Shown here piece after piece: positions 48,339-57,425 of a stretch of 60,133 bases of DNA (position 1 is the stretch's first letter; the number at the start of each line of letters is the position of its first letter). This DNA is from a virus (taxonomy: Duplodnaviria; Caudoviricetes), in IMG/VR virus record IMGVR_UViG_3300042453_003688, positions 1-60,133 of that record, one strand, 5' to 3'. The position numbers and the translations under genes are program-made. Under the pieces are notes generated by a model. That model was not told the DNA's origin and did no database searches. It worked only from the letters and a program-made list of their open reading frames with translations.

Positions 48339-48617
48339 TTACTGGGAGATTATAAGTGCGGAGGAACTGTCTGGGAATGCAACTTCCCGCCAACTTATGA
48401 GAAGAGAGTCCGTTCCCTTTTCATTAATAAGTTTGTAGCCAAGCAGCTTCATGGCCTCTACATTCTCGGGGAACATGTAGCCGTGGAAGATAAACTGCAA
48501 GTGGCCTTCGGACGCACGCTTCTGTATGTGAGAAAGTATCTCGGAGTACTGCGTTGCAATCTTTTCAGCGTGCTTAGTTAGTGCCAACTTCTTTGCTTCT
48601 TCTGCTCTCACTTCCAC
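48339..48617 (-). CDS. Hypothetical protein
   Basis: A.EA...I..RA..G...LGYK...ISW pattern common in phages. Confidence 0.6.
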   Translation of the reverse strand: MEVRAEEAKKLALTKHAEKIATQYSEILSHIQKRASEGHLQFIFHGYMFPENVEAMKLLGYKLINEKGTDSLLISWREVAFPDSSSALIISQ

Positions 48618-50845
48618 TATCCTTCTATTTTAATGTCAGCTAAACAGTGGGCAACCATGCCCTCACCCTTCAAGGGGATGCGACCTCCCAGTTGCCTATT
48701 GAGAACCTGCATGGACTCGACTGTCAGTATCCAGAGGGCCTCGTTAGCGTAAGACTCGGGCACCTCTATAATACTCTCGTCGTGCAGGTCAGCTATAATA
48801 GGAGCAAAAGGGATGCCTGCTTCTTGTAACATTCTACTATAGATGGTAACCCATTGCACTAGAATATCGTGGCCCGTACTCTGGACTACCCGGTTAACTA
48901 TATCCTTCTCCAGGTCAGGGGCTATACCCAGTGGTCTACCTAACCCATTGAGAACCCAGCCGTTATTGTTATTGAGCTGTCGGAGTAGTTCCTTCTCGTA
49001 CTCTTTGACACCAGCATAGAGTTCCCAGTAGCCGGCATGAATTGTCCTGCATTCTTCAAGGGAGATAGGCACACCCTCAAGACGTAGGGTCTGATGTATC
49101 TTACCCGGTCCAGCCCCGTAGCTGCTGGCCAGCGTGATTACCTTTGCTATTCCGCGCTCCTTCTTGGCCTGCTTCTTGGCACTAGCAATACCTTCGGGAG
49201 TGGGGCTATTCGGGTCGTAGCCAGCATCCTGTATAACCTTTCCTATCTTAGGGAGCTGACTACCAGTGAATAGGTAGACGTCATTCTTCGGAGCCCCCGG
49301 ACCATAGAGTTTCCAAAGGGCTGGGTCCCGGGATAGTTCAGCTAGCACCACTTGCTCAAGGGCAGTGAAGTCCATCTGTACCCACACATGTCCTGGCCTA
49401 GCTACCCAGCAGGACAGGAACTCCTTGCTCTTCGGCATCTGCTGGACGTTCAGACCGCCTGCCCCTGCTAGTCTACCAGTCAGTGTGCCTGGTACCTTGA
49501 ATGCTGGATGTAGGGTGCCGCCCTTACTATGCTGGAGCACGGCCTCAACGTATCCTTTTTCTTTCACTGCTTCGTTCTGCCCTATTAGGATGCGGCCCGG
49601 CTCACCGAAACCTTTCAGGGCCTTCTCGTCGGTGGCTGGCTGGCCGCTCTCTGTGGTCAGTGTGACCGCGTTACCTAGCTTAGTATAGAAGAGCCACTGT
49701 TTCTGCTGATTGCTATTGATATTAAAGTGCTGTTCTTTCTTTAGTTCATCCAAAGCGAGGGCCCACTTCAGCCAGTTCTTACTCTCGACCAGCGGTGCGT
49801 CAGCCTTCTGCTTCCACTTCAGCCAGTTAGTAGAGACAGTGCCATCCTTCTTATACTGTGCTGGTTCCTTGCCTAGTTTCTTTTTGAGATAGCGTTCAGG
49901 CTCCTTGGCCAAGTGCTCGTCTACTACCATTTGATTCCATTCAGCAATCAGTGGGGCGATAGACGGGTGGGCCAGGAAGTCTTTCTCAAGCTGGGCGATT
50001 GTGCTTTCCAGCTGGCAGTCGTAGTCCAGCAGCCTGCTGCGGTCAATAGCTATACCTGAGAACCGCTGCTGTATGAGTATCTGCAGGTAATCCATATATA
50101 CGGGACCAGCATATTCTTGTAGTACCCTGTACTTCTGTAGGGCGGGGAGTAGTACCTGTGTATAGAGAAGGTAGGTACTGTCAGCATCGAGAGCACAGTA
50201 GTGGCCCAGGATACTAGCGGGTGCCCGCCACATCTCACCCTTGCTCGGTCGAAGGATAGTCTCGCCGGTCTCACTGTCTACTATCTTTGTGCCGTAGCCG
50301 TTGTCAACCAGCCACTGGGACAATTCTTTTTCGTTACTCTCTTCCCAGCCGAGCAGGTCAGTTTGTGCGTTCTTCAGGCCCCACTTCTGGCCGTTGAATC
50401 CTTCGGTAGCAAGGAGTTTATAGAGGGCGTAGGTACAGTGCTGCCAGTTGTGCCACTTGCCACCGCTGTCACGCATGACGTAGCTTGCATCGAAGAATAG
50501 GTTGTGTGCTACTAATGGAATGTTGTTTGTCAGCAGTTCTTCCAGTAGCCATTCATAGGTTCCTGGTGCTGCTGATACAATGTCGATGTATACACTGCCG
50601 CGACTATCAGACAGGCCGACGCCTACCACCTGACTGTCAGGGTCAGAAGGGTCGCCCCCGCGTGTCTCCACGTCGAGGGCCATTGGGTCGGTAGGACTGA
50701 TGCGCTCAGTAAAGATGAAGGACAGGTCAGATGGACTGCTGCCTTCGAGGATGGAAAGGTTGCTTAAGCGGGGCGGGGCTACCACTGGAGTTAGAAGCTT
50801 GAACGGAATGTTCCGACTTGTTGTAACTACCAGAGATGCGAGCAT
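48617..50845 (-). CDS. polA: Family A DNA polymerase with 3'-5' exonuclease
   Basis: Exo DVET, HNLFFD, YCALD; TGRL; motif A DFTALE; motif B KVITLASSYG; motif C HDE. Confidence 0.95.
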   Translation of the reverse strand: MLASLVVTTSRNIPFKLLTPVVAPPRLSNLSILEGSSPSDLSFIFTERISPTDPMALDVETRGGDPSDPDSQVVGVGLSDSRGSVYIDIVSAAPGTYEWLLEELLTNNIPLVAHNLFFDASYVMRDSGGKWHNWQHCTYALYKLLATEGFNGQKWGLKNAQTDLLGWEESNEKELSQWLVDNGYGTKIVDSETGETILRPSKGEMWRAPASILGHYCALDADSTYLLYTQVLLPALQKYRVLQEYAGPVYMDYLQILIQQRFSGIAIDRSRLLDYDCQLESTIAQLEKDFLAHPSIAPLIAEWNQMVVDEHLAKEPERYLKKKLGKEPAQYKKDGTVSTNWLKWKQKADAPLVESKNWLKWALALDELKKEQHFNINSNQQKQWLFYTKLGNAVTLTTESGQPATDEKALKGFGEPGRILIGQNEAVKEKGYVEAVLQHSKGGTLHPAFKVPGTLTGRLAGAGGLNVQQMPKSKEFLSCWVARPGHVWVQMDFTALEQVVLAELSRDPALWKLYGPGAPKNDVYLFTGSQLPKIGKVIQDAGYDPNSPTPEGIASAKKQAKKERGIAKVITLASSYGAGPGKIHQTLRLEGVPISLEECRTIHAGYWELYAGVKEYEKELLRQLNNNNGWVLNGLGRPLGIAPDLEKDIVNRVVQSTGHDILVQWVTIYSRMLQEAGIPFAPIIADLHDESIIEVPESYANEALWILTVESMQVLNRQLGGRIPLKGEGMVAHCLADIKIEG

Positions 50846-50998
50846 GGACGCGAGCCCCTTGAGTTGGATGGAATGTAAGAGGAGTCGATGCCTTCCTTGG
50901 CGTCAACCCTTCGTACTGACCCAGCCGTTCCATCTCCGAGAAGTAGGAACCATAACCGCCATACTGATAGTTATTTTTAGCTGGGCTTGACATGCGAA

Positions 50999-51253
50999 TT
51001 ACTTCGCTGCCTTGTCATTGGTCATGACGTAGTAGGTGACTCCACTCTCACGGTCTTTACCTGAGAAGTAGGTCTGGCCTTTCTTTGACACTGACTCAAA
51101 GAGTCCGGTCAGGGTCTTGATGGAACCGTCAGCATCCTTGAACTTCAGGATATACTGAGGGAGTACGCGAGCCTGGCCACCTGACTGTGCAGCCGGTGCT
51201 GCAGAGCGTTGGGTAGCTGGACCACGGCTCGGGACGTTAGAGTTGTTACGCAT
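50999..51253 (-). CDS. Small putative ssDNA-binding (OB-like) protein
   Basis: TGLFES.SKKG.TYFSG pattern; next to polymerase and exonuclease; RBS GGAGG. Confidence 0.45.
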   Translation of the reverse strand: MRNNSNVPSRGPATQRSAAPAAQSGGQARVLPQYILKFKDADGSIKTLTGLFESVSKKGQTYFSGKDRESGVTYYVMTNDKAAK

Positions 51254-51319
51254 GAGATTCGCCTCCTGCCCATGTAGGGCTATGTTTGTCTGTCAGTAGA
51301 CACCATGCCTCCTGACAAA

Positions 51320-52294
51320 TTACTTATCGGACAATTTCTTTAGAACTTTAGCCGTCCATTCGCTGACGCTGTTACCTCCGTAGGATTCGCAGGTTGCTGA
51401 CAGCGGGCAATAGTTACAGATAGAGTAGCCGCCCTTCTGTCCGTCAGCCTCAATATTAATAGGGGCGGGGGGCAGCTTGTTAGTGGCCTCCATCGTAGCC
51501 ACGGTATCGAAGTAGTTGATAATGGATTGCTTGGTAATCATTGTATAAGTCCACGGCCCATCGCCTACCGGACGGTAGCGCATCTGGTCTTTCGGAGTCC
51601 ACTCCATTTCATAGCCTTGTACAAACGGCAGGACTTTCTTTATCTCACCTTTGTCGTTGTACTCGCATCTCTCACTACCGGGCTCACCAGGTCTGGGAAA
51701 ATTCTTCTGTGCCCAGCCCATCACAGCGAAGTCTGCACGACTCGTATACCAAAGCTCGAAGGGAATACCTAGCTGCCAACTGTAGTGGGCACCCTGCATA
51801 AGGTGAAGCATCTTTGGCTTCATCTGAATGCCTACATCCCGCACGGTCCAGAGAGAGCTAGCCTGCTTCAGTTCAATGCCGTTCTCTGGCACGAACACAC
51901 CATTCTTCTCACGGCCTATTACAATATCGGGACGGCCAGTCACCAGTACGCCACTGGGGGTACGCCAGCTAATCGGAATCTCTTCCTCTCTCCTTATGAC
52001 AAGGGTAGGGTCAGCAGCCCGAAGCACTTCGAGCCAGCTGTCCTCATTACTCCTGCCTGCCGCAAACATGAGTTCACGGGAGTGGTCAGCCTCTTCAACG
52101 GTGATTCCCTTGTACCTGAGGTAGGTAAGCCGGGCACACTTTCCTATTACCCTACCGTCTGCAGTTAGGAGGCCCGTATTACCGGCGCGAAGAATACCTA
52201 GCTTGGTCTTCTCCTGCTCAGCGTGGGCGGCCACAAGTGCCGCCGTCCCCGCCTCAAATAATTTCTGTATTCTACTCATTTTTTCTGTGTCCAA
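51320..52294 (-). CDS. Cas4/RecB-like PD-(D/E)XK exonuclease
   Basis: CAR, GRPD, ELK, Q...Y and C-terminal CNYCP....C. Confidence 0.8.
   Translation of the reverse strand: MDTEKMSRIQKLFEAGTAALVAAHAEQEKTKLGILRAGNTGLLTADGRVIGKCARLTYLRYKGITVEEADHSRELMFAAGRSNEDSWLEVLRAADPTLVIRREEEIPISWRTPSGVLVTGRPDIVIGREKNGVFVPENGIELKQASSLWTVRDVGIQMKPKMLHLMQGAHYSWQLGIPFELWYTSRADFAVMGWAQKNFPRPGEPGSERCEYNDKGEIKKVLPFVQGYEMEWTPKDQMRYRPVGDGPWTYTMITKQSIINYFDTVATMEATNKLPPAPINIEADGQKGGYSICNYCPLSATCESYGGNSVSEWTAKVLKKLSDK
51324..51351 (-). promoter_or_regulatory. sigma28/FliA-type promoter
   Basis: CTAAAG-N14-TCCGATAA at the exonuclease gene end, before the SSB-like gene. Confidence 0.7.
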
Positions 52295-52701
52295 AGTGAG
52301 CTATCGCTGCCGTGGTAGTAGGGTACCGTCTCAAGTCCACCGGTCCTCTCGTCCACACTGTATGCTCTCTGAGCAATTGCTGGACGGTAGCGGTTATCCT
52401 TGAGGGTTCCAAGTTCCTGCTGTCTAAGAATCATCAGACAATTTGCCATGGCATGGCCGAGGTGGTTGACTCCGCTTTCCGGGTCATTGTCCTCACCGTT
52501 AAACCATGCAGCCAGGTGGCGCTTTGCTGCCGCCACTAGCTGACTAGCCTCGTGTCCCTTGCAGTAGTTGTACCTGCCATACTTCTTCTCACCATACATC
52601 ATTGCCTGTGCAATCGCCTGCTCAGCCACGCTGGGGATAAGAGAGAGGTCTACCTTTTCCTTACCTGGTTCTCGGTCGAATTTGCTTGCACTATCTGCCA
52701 T
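52276..52701 (-). CDS. dATP/dGTP diphosphohydrolase-domain protein (DUF5664)
   Basis: K.D..K..LSLIP...M.YG..KYG.YN...G...AA.RH...W..GED.DPESG..HL.HA. Confidence 0.88.
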   Translation of the reverse strand: MADSASKFDREPGKEKVDLSLIPSVAEQAIAQAMMYGEKKYGRYNYCKGHEASQLVAAAKRHLAAWFNGEDNDPESGVNHLGHAMANCLMILRQQELGTLKDNRYRPAIAQRAYSVDERTGGLETVPYYHGSDSSLWTQKK

Positions 52702-52707
52702 ACTATT

Positions 52708-52920
52708 TTACTCCGCAAAAAAATTGGTAGGAGAAACCCACTCTAATGCCTCGGACGGAAAGAGCTCTATGTTCTTAGAGCCCTCGTAGTAGCCAACGTA
52801 TGCCAGTGGGTCAGGGCTGGGCCCCAGTATTGTCGCTACCCTGCGACTGTTCGACCAGTGTACTGCCCGAAATGCCCGATGATTCGCTTCCCGATAGAGC
52901 TGCACCAGTGTCTTCTTCAC
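52708..52920 (-). CDS. Hypothetical protein
   Basis: 70 aa ORF. Confidence 0.45.
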   Translation of the reverse strand: MKKTLVQLYREANHRAFRAVHWSNSRRVATILGPSPDPLAYVGYYEGSKNIELFPSEALEWVSPTNFFAE

Positions 52921-53098
52921 GTGCGTGTTCTTCCTTCATCTGAGCAATCAGTTTATTACGAATATCCATGGCCTCTTTAAGAAGTCCTATCTTGGCCAGA
53001 CGCTTAACGTCTACCTGCATTACACTTGCTGCGGCCTGAACCGCTAGCATCTCCGTGCCCGAAAGACGTACTACAATCCTTGCTCTTCCTTTGCTCAT
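52811..53098 (-). CDS. Possible ribbon-helix-helix protein
   Basis: RIVVRLS..E...V.AAA pattern. Confidence 0.5.
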   Translation of the reverse strand: MSKGRARIVVRLSGTEMLAVQAAASVMQVDVKRLAKIGLLKEAMDIRNKLIAQMKEEHAREEDTGAALSGSESSGISGSTLVEQSQGSDNTGAQP

Positions 53099-53817
53099 TG
53101 CTTAGTACTCCTGCTTTGAAGAAATACACTAATGGAAGCCTCATCACTACCGTCACTATTCAACCCACCGAAGAGGGCCTTGTCAGTCTTGATGTCAGAT
53201 ACAATGGTAATCCAATTACGTTGAGGAATCTGTTTAACCAGACGGGTAGCAGTCCAAAGAGTTTCATTCTTGTAGTGATATGAGAACCATTCTTTGTGCT
53301 TTGCGGAAGCAATACCCATACTAAGTTCCAGCCGGTCACACATCTCGAAGTTGATAGCCTCAAGTTCTTCCGCCATGTAACGTGCATCCTCAGCCTTGAG
53401 CGTAGCAAACATCAGCATAGCGCGAGCCGGGTGGAATAGAAGCAGGGAATTAGACAGGGCATAGCGTTCACTGCACTCCGACAGAATAATAAAGGCCATA
53501 CTTGCAGCCAAATTTGTGACGGCACAACGTACCGTAACGCCGCGGGCCTTAGCTATGTGAAGGGCCTCGACTAACTGGAGACCTGCAGGAACACTGCCTC
53601 CTGGACTGTTAATAATAATATTAATTGGCTCTGAAGACGCTGCGGAAAGCCTCTCTATGTTGGATGCAACAGACAGAATAGAACCGCCAACCTCTCCACT
53701 TATGCGGACAGTACGGGAGCCCGTCATGTCGATAGTCGGACCGGCGAACGCTGGGAAGAGACTAATGATACACGTTAAACTGAAGGCAGCGATTGTTTTC
53801 ATTAAAAAGTTTCTCAT
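53095..53817 (-). CDS. ClpP-like protease with N-terminal signal peptide
   Basis: Signal peptide ending AFA; INSPGGSV, AASMA (Ser), LLFHP (His). Confidence 0.8.
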   Translation of the reverse strand: MRNFLMKTIAAFSLTCIISLFPAFAGPTIDMTGSRTVRISGEVGGSILSVASNIERLSAASSEPINIIINSPGGSVPAGLQLVEALHIAKARGVTVRCAVTNLAASMAFIILSECSERYALSNSLLLFHPARAMLMFATLKAEDARYMAEELEAINFEMCDRLELSMGIASAKHKEWFSYHYKNETLWTATRLVKQIPQRNWITIVSDIKTDKALFGGLNSDGSDEASISVFLQSRSTKQ

Positions 53818-53819
53818 TA

Positions 53820-53969
53820 TTAGACTAACCTAAGGTGATTGGGTTTTTGTTTCTTCGTGCGCTTGTTGTTTCCTGGAATACTATTGCCGCCAGTCAGCGT
53901 GGCTACTACCTTTCGGTTGTTCTCCTCCCGTATTTTTTGTGAGTTATTTTTCTGTTGTTGATAGTTCAT
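53820..53969 (-). CDS. Small basic protein (MNYQQQK...HLRLV)
   Basis: RBS GGAGGAG and promoter directly upstream; could instead be the 3' part of ORF 53820-54218. Confidence 0.5.
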   Translation of the reverse strand: MNYQQQKNNSQKIREENNRKVVATLTGGNSIPGNNKRTKKQKPNHLRLV

Positions 53970-53994
53970 TGTCTTCTCCTCCCCATTAGTACTA

Positions 53995-54022
53995 TTATCG
54001 GAATCTTTTCTGGAATCTTTAG
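53995..54022 (-). promoter_or_regulatory. sigma28/FliA-type promoter
   Basis: CTAAAG-N14-TCCGATAA. Confidence 0.72.
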
Positions 54023-54221
54023 TAAGAATTTGTGGGTCCAACTGGCAAGCTGCAACCCACTTATCTACTGCCAGCTTCAGGGCCTCGGGACCGTCAGTCA
54101 TACCTCTACAAATAGGACAACTGCCGGATGGATTGGGATTCCTAACAGACTCCCAGTGCACAGGCATGCCACTAGTTACCAAGGTGAGGGCAACCTTATG
54201 TGTGACACAAAAGGACATTTG

Positions 54222-54656
54222 TTAGTCCCCAATACGGCGCTTGAGCTGGTAACCACGTGCCTTACTAGTATCACTTATAGTACTAATAAGCTGCTTGTCT
54301 GCCTCGTCTGCACCCTTGCACAGTTCCTCAGCCATCTTCTGCAGAGCTGCTTCCATCTTGAGGGCATGCCGCCAGAAGTCAATGGATGCAGCTTCGACAT
54401 CCGGCGCATTCTTCAGGTACTTGGAAACACGGGCAAGCATGTCGTTCAGGTCCAGAGTGTCGCAGCCGTGGGTGCCGATGATACGCTCGACCACGCTATC
54501 GAATTGCCCTTCCACTGCGGCATAACTGTCAGCCGCATGCCCATGGTCAGCAAAGAAAGACGGACCCTTCAGATGGTGGTGAACATGGTGGTAGTAGAGT
54601 TGCATGCTACGCAGGTAGGTAGCCAGCACTGTCATGTCGTTAGCGGATGTTGCCAT
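54222..54656 (-). CDS. Dps/ferritin-like protein
   Basis: H..H...KGPSFF.DH......Y.......D...ER, the Dps ferroxidase-type pattern. Confidence 0.75.
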   Translation of the reverse strand: MATSANDMTVLATYLRSMQLYYHHVHHHLKGPSFFADHGHAADSYAAVEGQFDSVVERIIGTHGCDTLDLNDMLARVSKYLKNAPDVEAASIDFWRHALKMEAALQKMAEELCKGADEADKQLISTISDTSKARGYQLKRRIGD

Positions 54657-54658
54657 TG

Positions 54659-54934
54659 CTATTCTTGCTCCTCGTCATTTTGTTTAAAAAAAATAATATC
54701 CAGATAATTCTCATACATATTGAGTAGCTCTATATCATCCAGCCTTTCTAGCTCAGTGTAGAGCTTGTCCCACACCAGGTTAAGGTGGTCGTCAGTCACT
54801 GCGTCACCGTAATCCTTCGGGCAGAGGGCAACTATCTCTGCATCTGTCATCTCATCTAGCCTGAAGTTAGCCATGGCTACCATCATAGTATGGAAGTCGC
54901 CTGTAAGATTACGCCCCAGTATCTTGTCAGTCAT
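54659..54934 (-). CDS. Acidic hypothetical protein
   Basis: 91 aa, RBS GGAGG. Confidence 0.6.
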   Translation of the reverse strand: MTDKILGRNLTGDFHTMMVAMANFRLDEMTDAEIVALCPKDYGDAVTDDHLNLVWDKLYTELERLDDIELLNMYENYLDIIFFKQNDEEQE

Positions 54935-54942
54935 TGTTATTA

Positions 54943-55137
54943 TTACCTCCCCCTATCTTGCTTATCGGTAATTATACCAGAAACTTGAGTAGGCTTTCTG
55001 GTCCAGAAATTTACTTGGACTTCTTGACCGGGCGGATAACCCTGATTGATTGTTCTGTCGTAGTCCCTGAGCCGGGGCAATAGAATAATAATACCCAGTA
55101 CAGCGTAGGATATAAGCAGGATGCCAGCGAAACTCAC
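54943..55137 (-). CDS. Small membrane protein
   Basis: N-terminal TM. Confidence 0.45.
   Translation of the reverse strand: MSFAGILLISYAVLGIIILLPRLRDYDRTINQGYPPGQEVQVNFWTRKPTQVSGIITDKQDRGR
54962..54989 (-). promoter_or_regulatory. sigma28/FliA-type promoter
   Basis: CTCAAG-N14-ACCGATAA upstream of the 54934 gene and Dps. Confidence 0.75.
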
Positions 55138-55385
55138 GGCAACACCTCCCCTGTTTCAATGTCGTAGCGAAGACTGTCGTTGGCCACTACTTCCTCACCT
55201 GTCCACGGGTCAGGCGTTGTGAAACTGTACAGAATAATACCAACATTGAATTTCTTGCTGCAAATATTGTAGTATTCCACGTTGTTACCCCGAAGGTAGG
55301 TGAGTACCTCTGACACGTGCTTACAACTAGCGAACATAGCTTGACGGCCTCCGTTAAGAATGAGTATAATCCAAAGTACACACAC
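55134..55385 (-). CDS. Hypothetical protein
   Basis: 83 aa; start uncertain. Confidence 0.45.
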   Translation of the reverse strand: MCVLWIILILNGGRQAMFASCKHVSEVLTYLRGNNVEYYNICSKKFNVGIILYSFTTPDPWTGEEVVANDSLRYDIETGEVLP

Positions 55386-55432
55386 ACAACAGGGTCTGCA
55401 CTGCTAGCCACACACTAGCAGTCAGGCCCCCC

Positions 55433-55741
55433 CTATCCTATAGTGCCCGCTGCTTTGAAGATGGTGCCCCTAGCCCTTAGCCCAACACTTCCCCTCTCCC
55501 GGTCCTCCAGCTGCAGTACATCGACTGCACTCAGAAGGTCAGCCATATTACAGTAGTCCAATACAATACGGTTATCGCCTATCCACACGACGTAGCCATT
55601 GCCGGTGCAGGTCAGTTCAACACTGCCGCTAGCTACTGTCTTTCTGTCATTCTTGCGGTCGGTTACGGTCACCCTGCCGTCTACCTCACCGTCGCTGTCA
55701 CAAATTATTATATAGTTTCGTGACGCCTTACCCATTCCCAT
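55433..55741 (-). CDS. Hypothetical protein
   Basis: 102 aa ORF in operon. Confidence 0.55.
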   Translation of the reverse strand: MGMGKASRNYIIICDSDGEVDGRVTVTDRKNDRKTVASGSVELTCTGNGYVVWIGDNRIVLDYCNMADLLSAVDVLQLEDRERGSVGLRARGTIFKAAGTIG

Positions 55742-56504
55742 TATTAAGTACCTTTCTTTGAAGTAATTCTGCAGTTCCTAGTAATGCAAGGTAGAGTTCG
55801 TATTGGTCGGTAGAGTAATTATGCCTATCTGCTATTTCTTTAGCCCTTTTCACCCATTCAGCGATTGTATGGGACTCACAACCGATATTAACTCTATCGT
55901 GCAGCACTGTAATAGTATGCATAGATAGTCCAGACATTACTGGCACCCTATATTGAACAGCAGCATTGCCATACACCTGAGCATAACCGTACACCCTAGC
56001 ATTACCGTACGCCTGAGAATTGCCGTACACTTCAGCATTGCCGAACACCTTAGCATTGCCAAACACCCAAGCATTGCCGAACACCTTAGCACTGCCAAAC
56101 ACCTGAGCACTGCCGTACACTTCAGCATTGCCGAACACCTTAGCATTGCCAAACACCCAAGCATTGCCGAACACCTTAGCATTGCCAAACACCCAAGCAT
56201 TGCCGAACACCTTAGCACTGCCAAACACCTGAGCATTGCCAAACACCTCGGAATTGCCGGACACCCTAGCATCGCCGGACACCTGAGCGTTACCAAACAC
56301 CCTAGCATTGACAAACACCTTAGCATTGCCGGATATCCAGCAATCACCATCGTGGGATAGATTGTATTCCGATTCTATATACCCACCTACTTCCCCTTCT
56401 TTAATAGTGGAGAAATTTCTAAGGGCAACAATCCTTCTAAGATTGAGATTGTTTGGATGCCTTTCACCTGTAAGTTTATATTTTGTATTCTCACTCATCG
56501 CCAT
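55728..56504 (-). CDS. Hexapeptide-repeat (left-handed beta-helix-like) protein
   Basis: L.RI.ALR.F...G..GG.IE.E.NLS..G.CW followed by about 20 V(F/Y)G(N/S)A-x repeats. Confidence 0.85.
   Translation of the reverse strand: MAMSENTKYKLTGERHPNNLNLRRIVALRNFSTIKEGEVGGYIESEYNLSHDGDCWISGNAKVFVNARVFGNAQVSGDARVSGNSEVFGNAQVFGSAKVFGNAWVFGNAKVFGNAWVFGNAKVFGNAEVYGSAQVFGSAKVFGNAWVFGNAKVFGNAEVYGNSQAYGNARVYGYAQVYGNAAVQYRVPVMSGLSMHTITVLHDRVNIGCESHTIAEWVKRAKEIADRHNYSTDQYELYLALLGTAELLQRKVLNNGNG
55966..56335. repeat. Tandem 18-bp coding repeat array
   Basis: Units such as cttagcattgccgaacac / ccaagcattgccaaacac. Confidence 0.9.
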
Positions 56505-56904
56505 TCACCTCATGCTCTAGTGCAAGATAGACGCCATTGTCGATTGCCGTATAGCCACTTACCTTCTCTGGATTAATACTGTTTACGCGCACCATCTTTC
56601 CCATGTACTCCTCGGTTCCCTTCATGACAAAGAGAAGCCAGGAATGTCCCTCTCTATTAATCTCCAGCACACTCTCCTGTTCAAAGTTCTGAGCGGCCAC
56701 AGTGACTAGTCTGCGTATCACCTCAGCAGAATGGGGTCCAGGCATTACCATGAGACTGCGTTCCATCTCCCCCTTGTACATACCTAGGACTCCGTGGACC
56801 TCTACTCCTGCCGACTCCAGCATGTTTCGCATCTGGTGAGTTCGCGCCAGATTGTTGGCTGCGCCTGGTTTCTCTGCACTTATAATGAATACGGTACTAG
56901 ACAT
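56491..56904 (-). CDS. SAM lyase (T3 SAMase-like), paralogue 2
   Basis: IISA...N..R...G.Y.G..E.S...A..F.QESVL. Confidence 0.7.
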   Translation of the reverse strand: MSSTVFIISAEKPGAANNLARTHQMRNMLESAGVEVHGVLGMYKGEMERSLMVMPGPHSAEVIRRLVTVAAQNFEQESVLEINREGHSWLLFVMKGTEEYMGKMVRVNSINPEKVSGYTAIDNGVYLALEHEVNGDE

Positions 56905-56939
56905 TTGTATGGTTCCTCCCAGTAGTTACCAGTCCTGCG

Positions 56940-57185
56940 TTAATAATCGTTACCATTGCTACCTCCTCCTTCCATTCCAATCTCAAGAAGGGCACCGACC
57001 CCTTCCCACCTTTGTTTCCTGTCTCGCTCAGCCCTTCCCAGTGCGACTGCTACACGTACGGCCTCTTCTCCCGTGCCCATGAACATGACCATGCCGGCAC
57101 CCATCCTGTCCATCGCATCCCCAAGAGAGCCCGTACTAGTCAGCCCTGTACCATCTTTTCGCATGGTGTGGAATTGTCTACTCAT
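56940..57185 (-). CDS. Hypothetical protein
   Basis: Likely ATG 57185 within ORF 56940-57350. Confidence 0.45.
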   Translation of the reverse strand: MSRQFHTMRKDGTGLTSTGSLGDAMDRMGAGMVMFMGTGEEAVRVAVALGRAERDRKQRWEGVGALLEIGMEGGGSNGNDY

Positions 57186-57405
57186 CATTGCCCCCCTCCC
57201 CCTCTTCGCCGTCAATAAGTTGCTGCAAGAACTGTTCCGCGTCCAGACTATCTTCGAAAGTGTCCACTGTGTACCACTTACCTGCGTCCTTCTCCTGCAC
57301 CGCCCAGAAGTCCGGGATGTCGTCCGGCAATGCCTTCCTCTGACGTGCACTGCCCTGATTGTCCACTTCCTCGGTTGTGACTACTGCTATCAGTCGGTAT
57401 CTCAC
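57178..57405 (-). CDS. Hypothetical protein
   Basis: 75 aa acidic ORF. Confidence 0.5.
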   Translation of the reverse strand: MRYRLIAVVTTEEVDNQGSARQRKALPDDIPDFWAVQEKDAGKWYTVDTFEDSLDAEQFLQQLIDGEEGEGGNDE

Positions 57406-57425
57406 TGTAGTGCCCCCCTGTACTA

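Noticed and set aside
50727-50993. Frameshifted N-terminal extension of PolA
   Set aside because: No slippery sequence seen and PolA has its own plausible start at 50845; the ORF may be a small separate gene or spurious
51320-52294. CRISPR-associated cas4
   Set aside because: No array or other cas genes; stand-alone Cas4-like exonucleases are normal in phage replication modules
52276-52701. Z-base or deazaguanine DNA modification system suggested by DUF5664
   Set aside because: No PurZ, DpdA, QueC/D/E or FolE-like gene recognised; the domain alone is widespread in phages
55966-56335. CRISPR array
   Set aside because: Units are contiguous 18-bp in-frame coding repeats with no unique spacers
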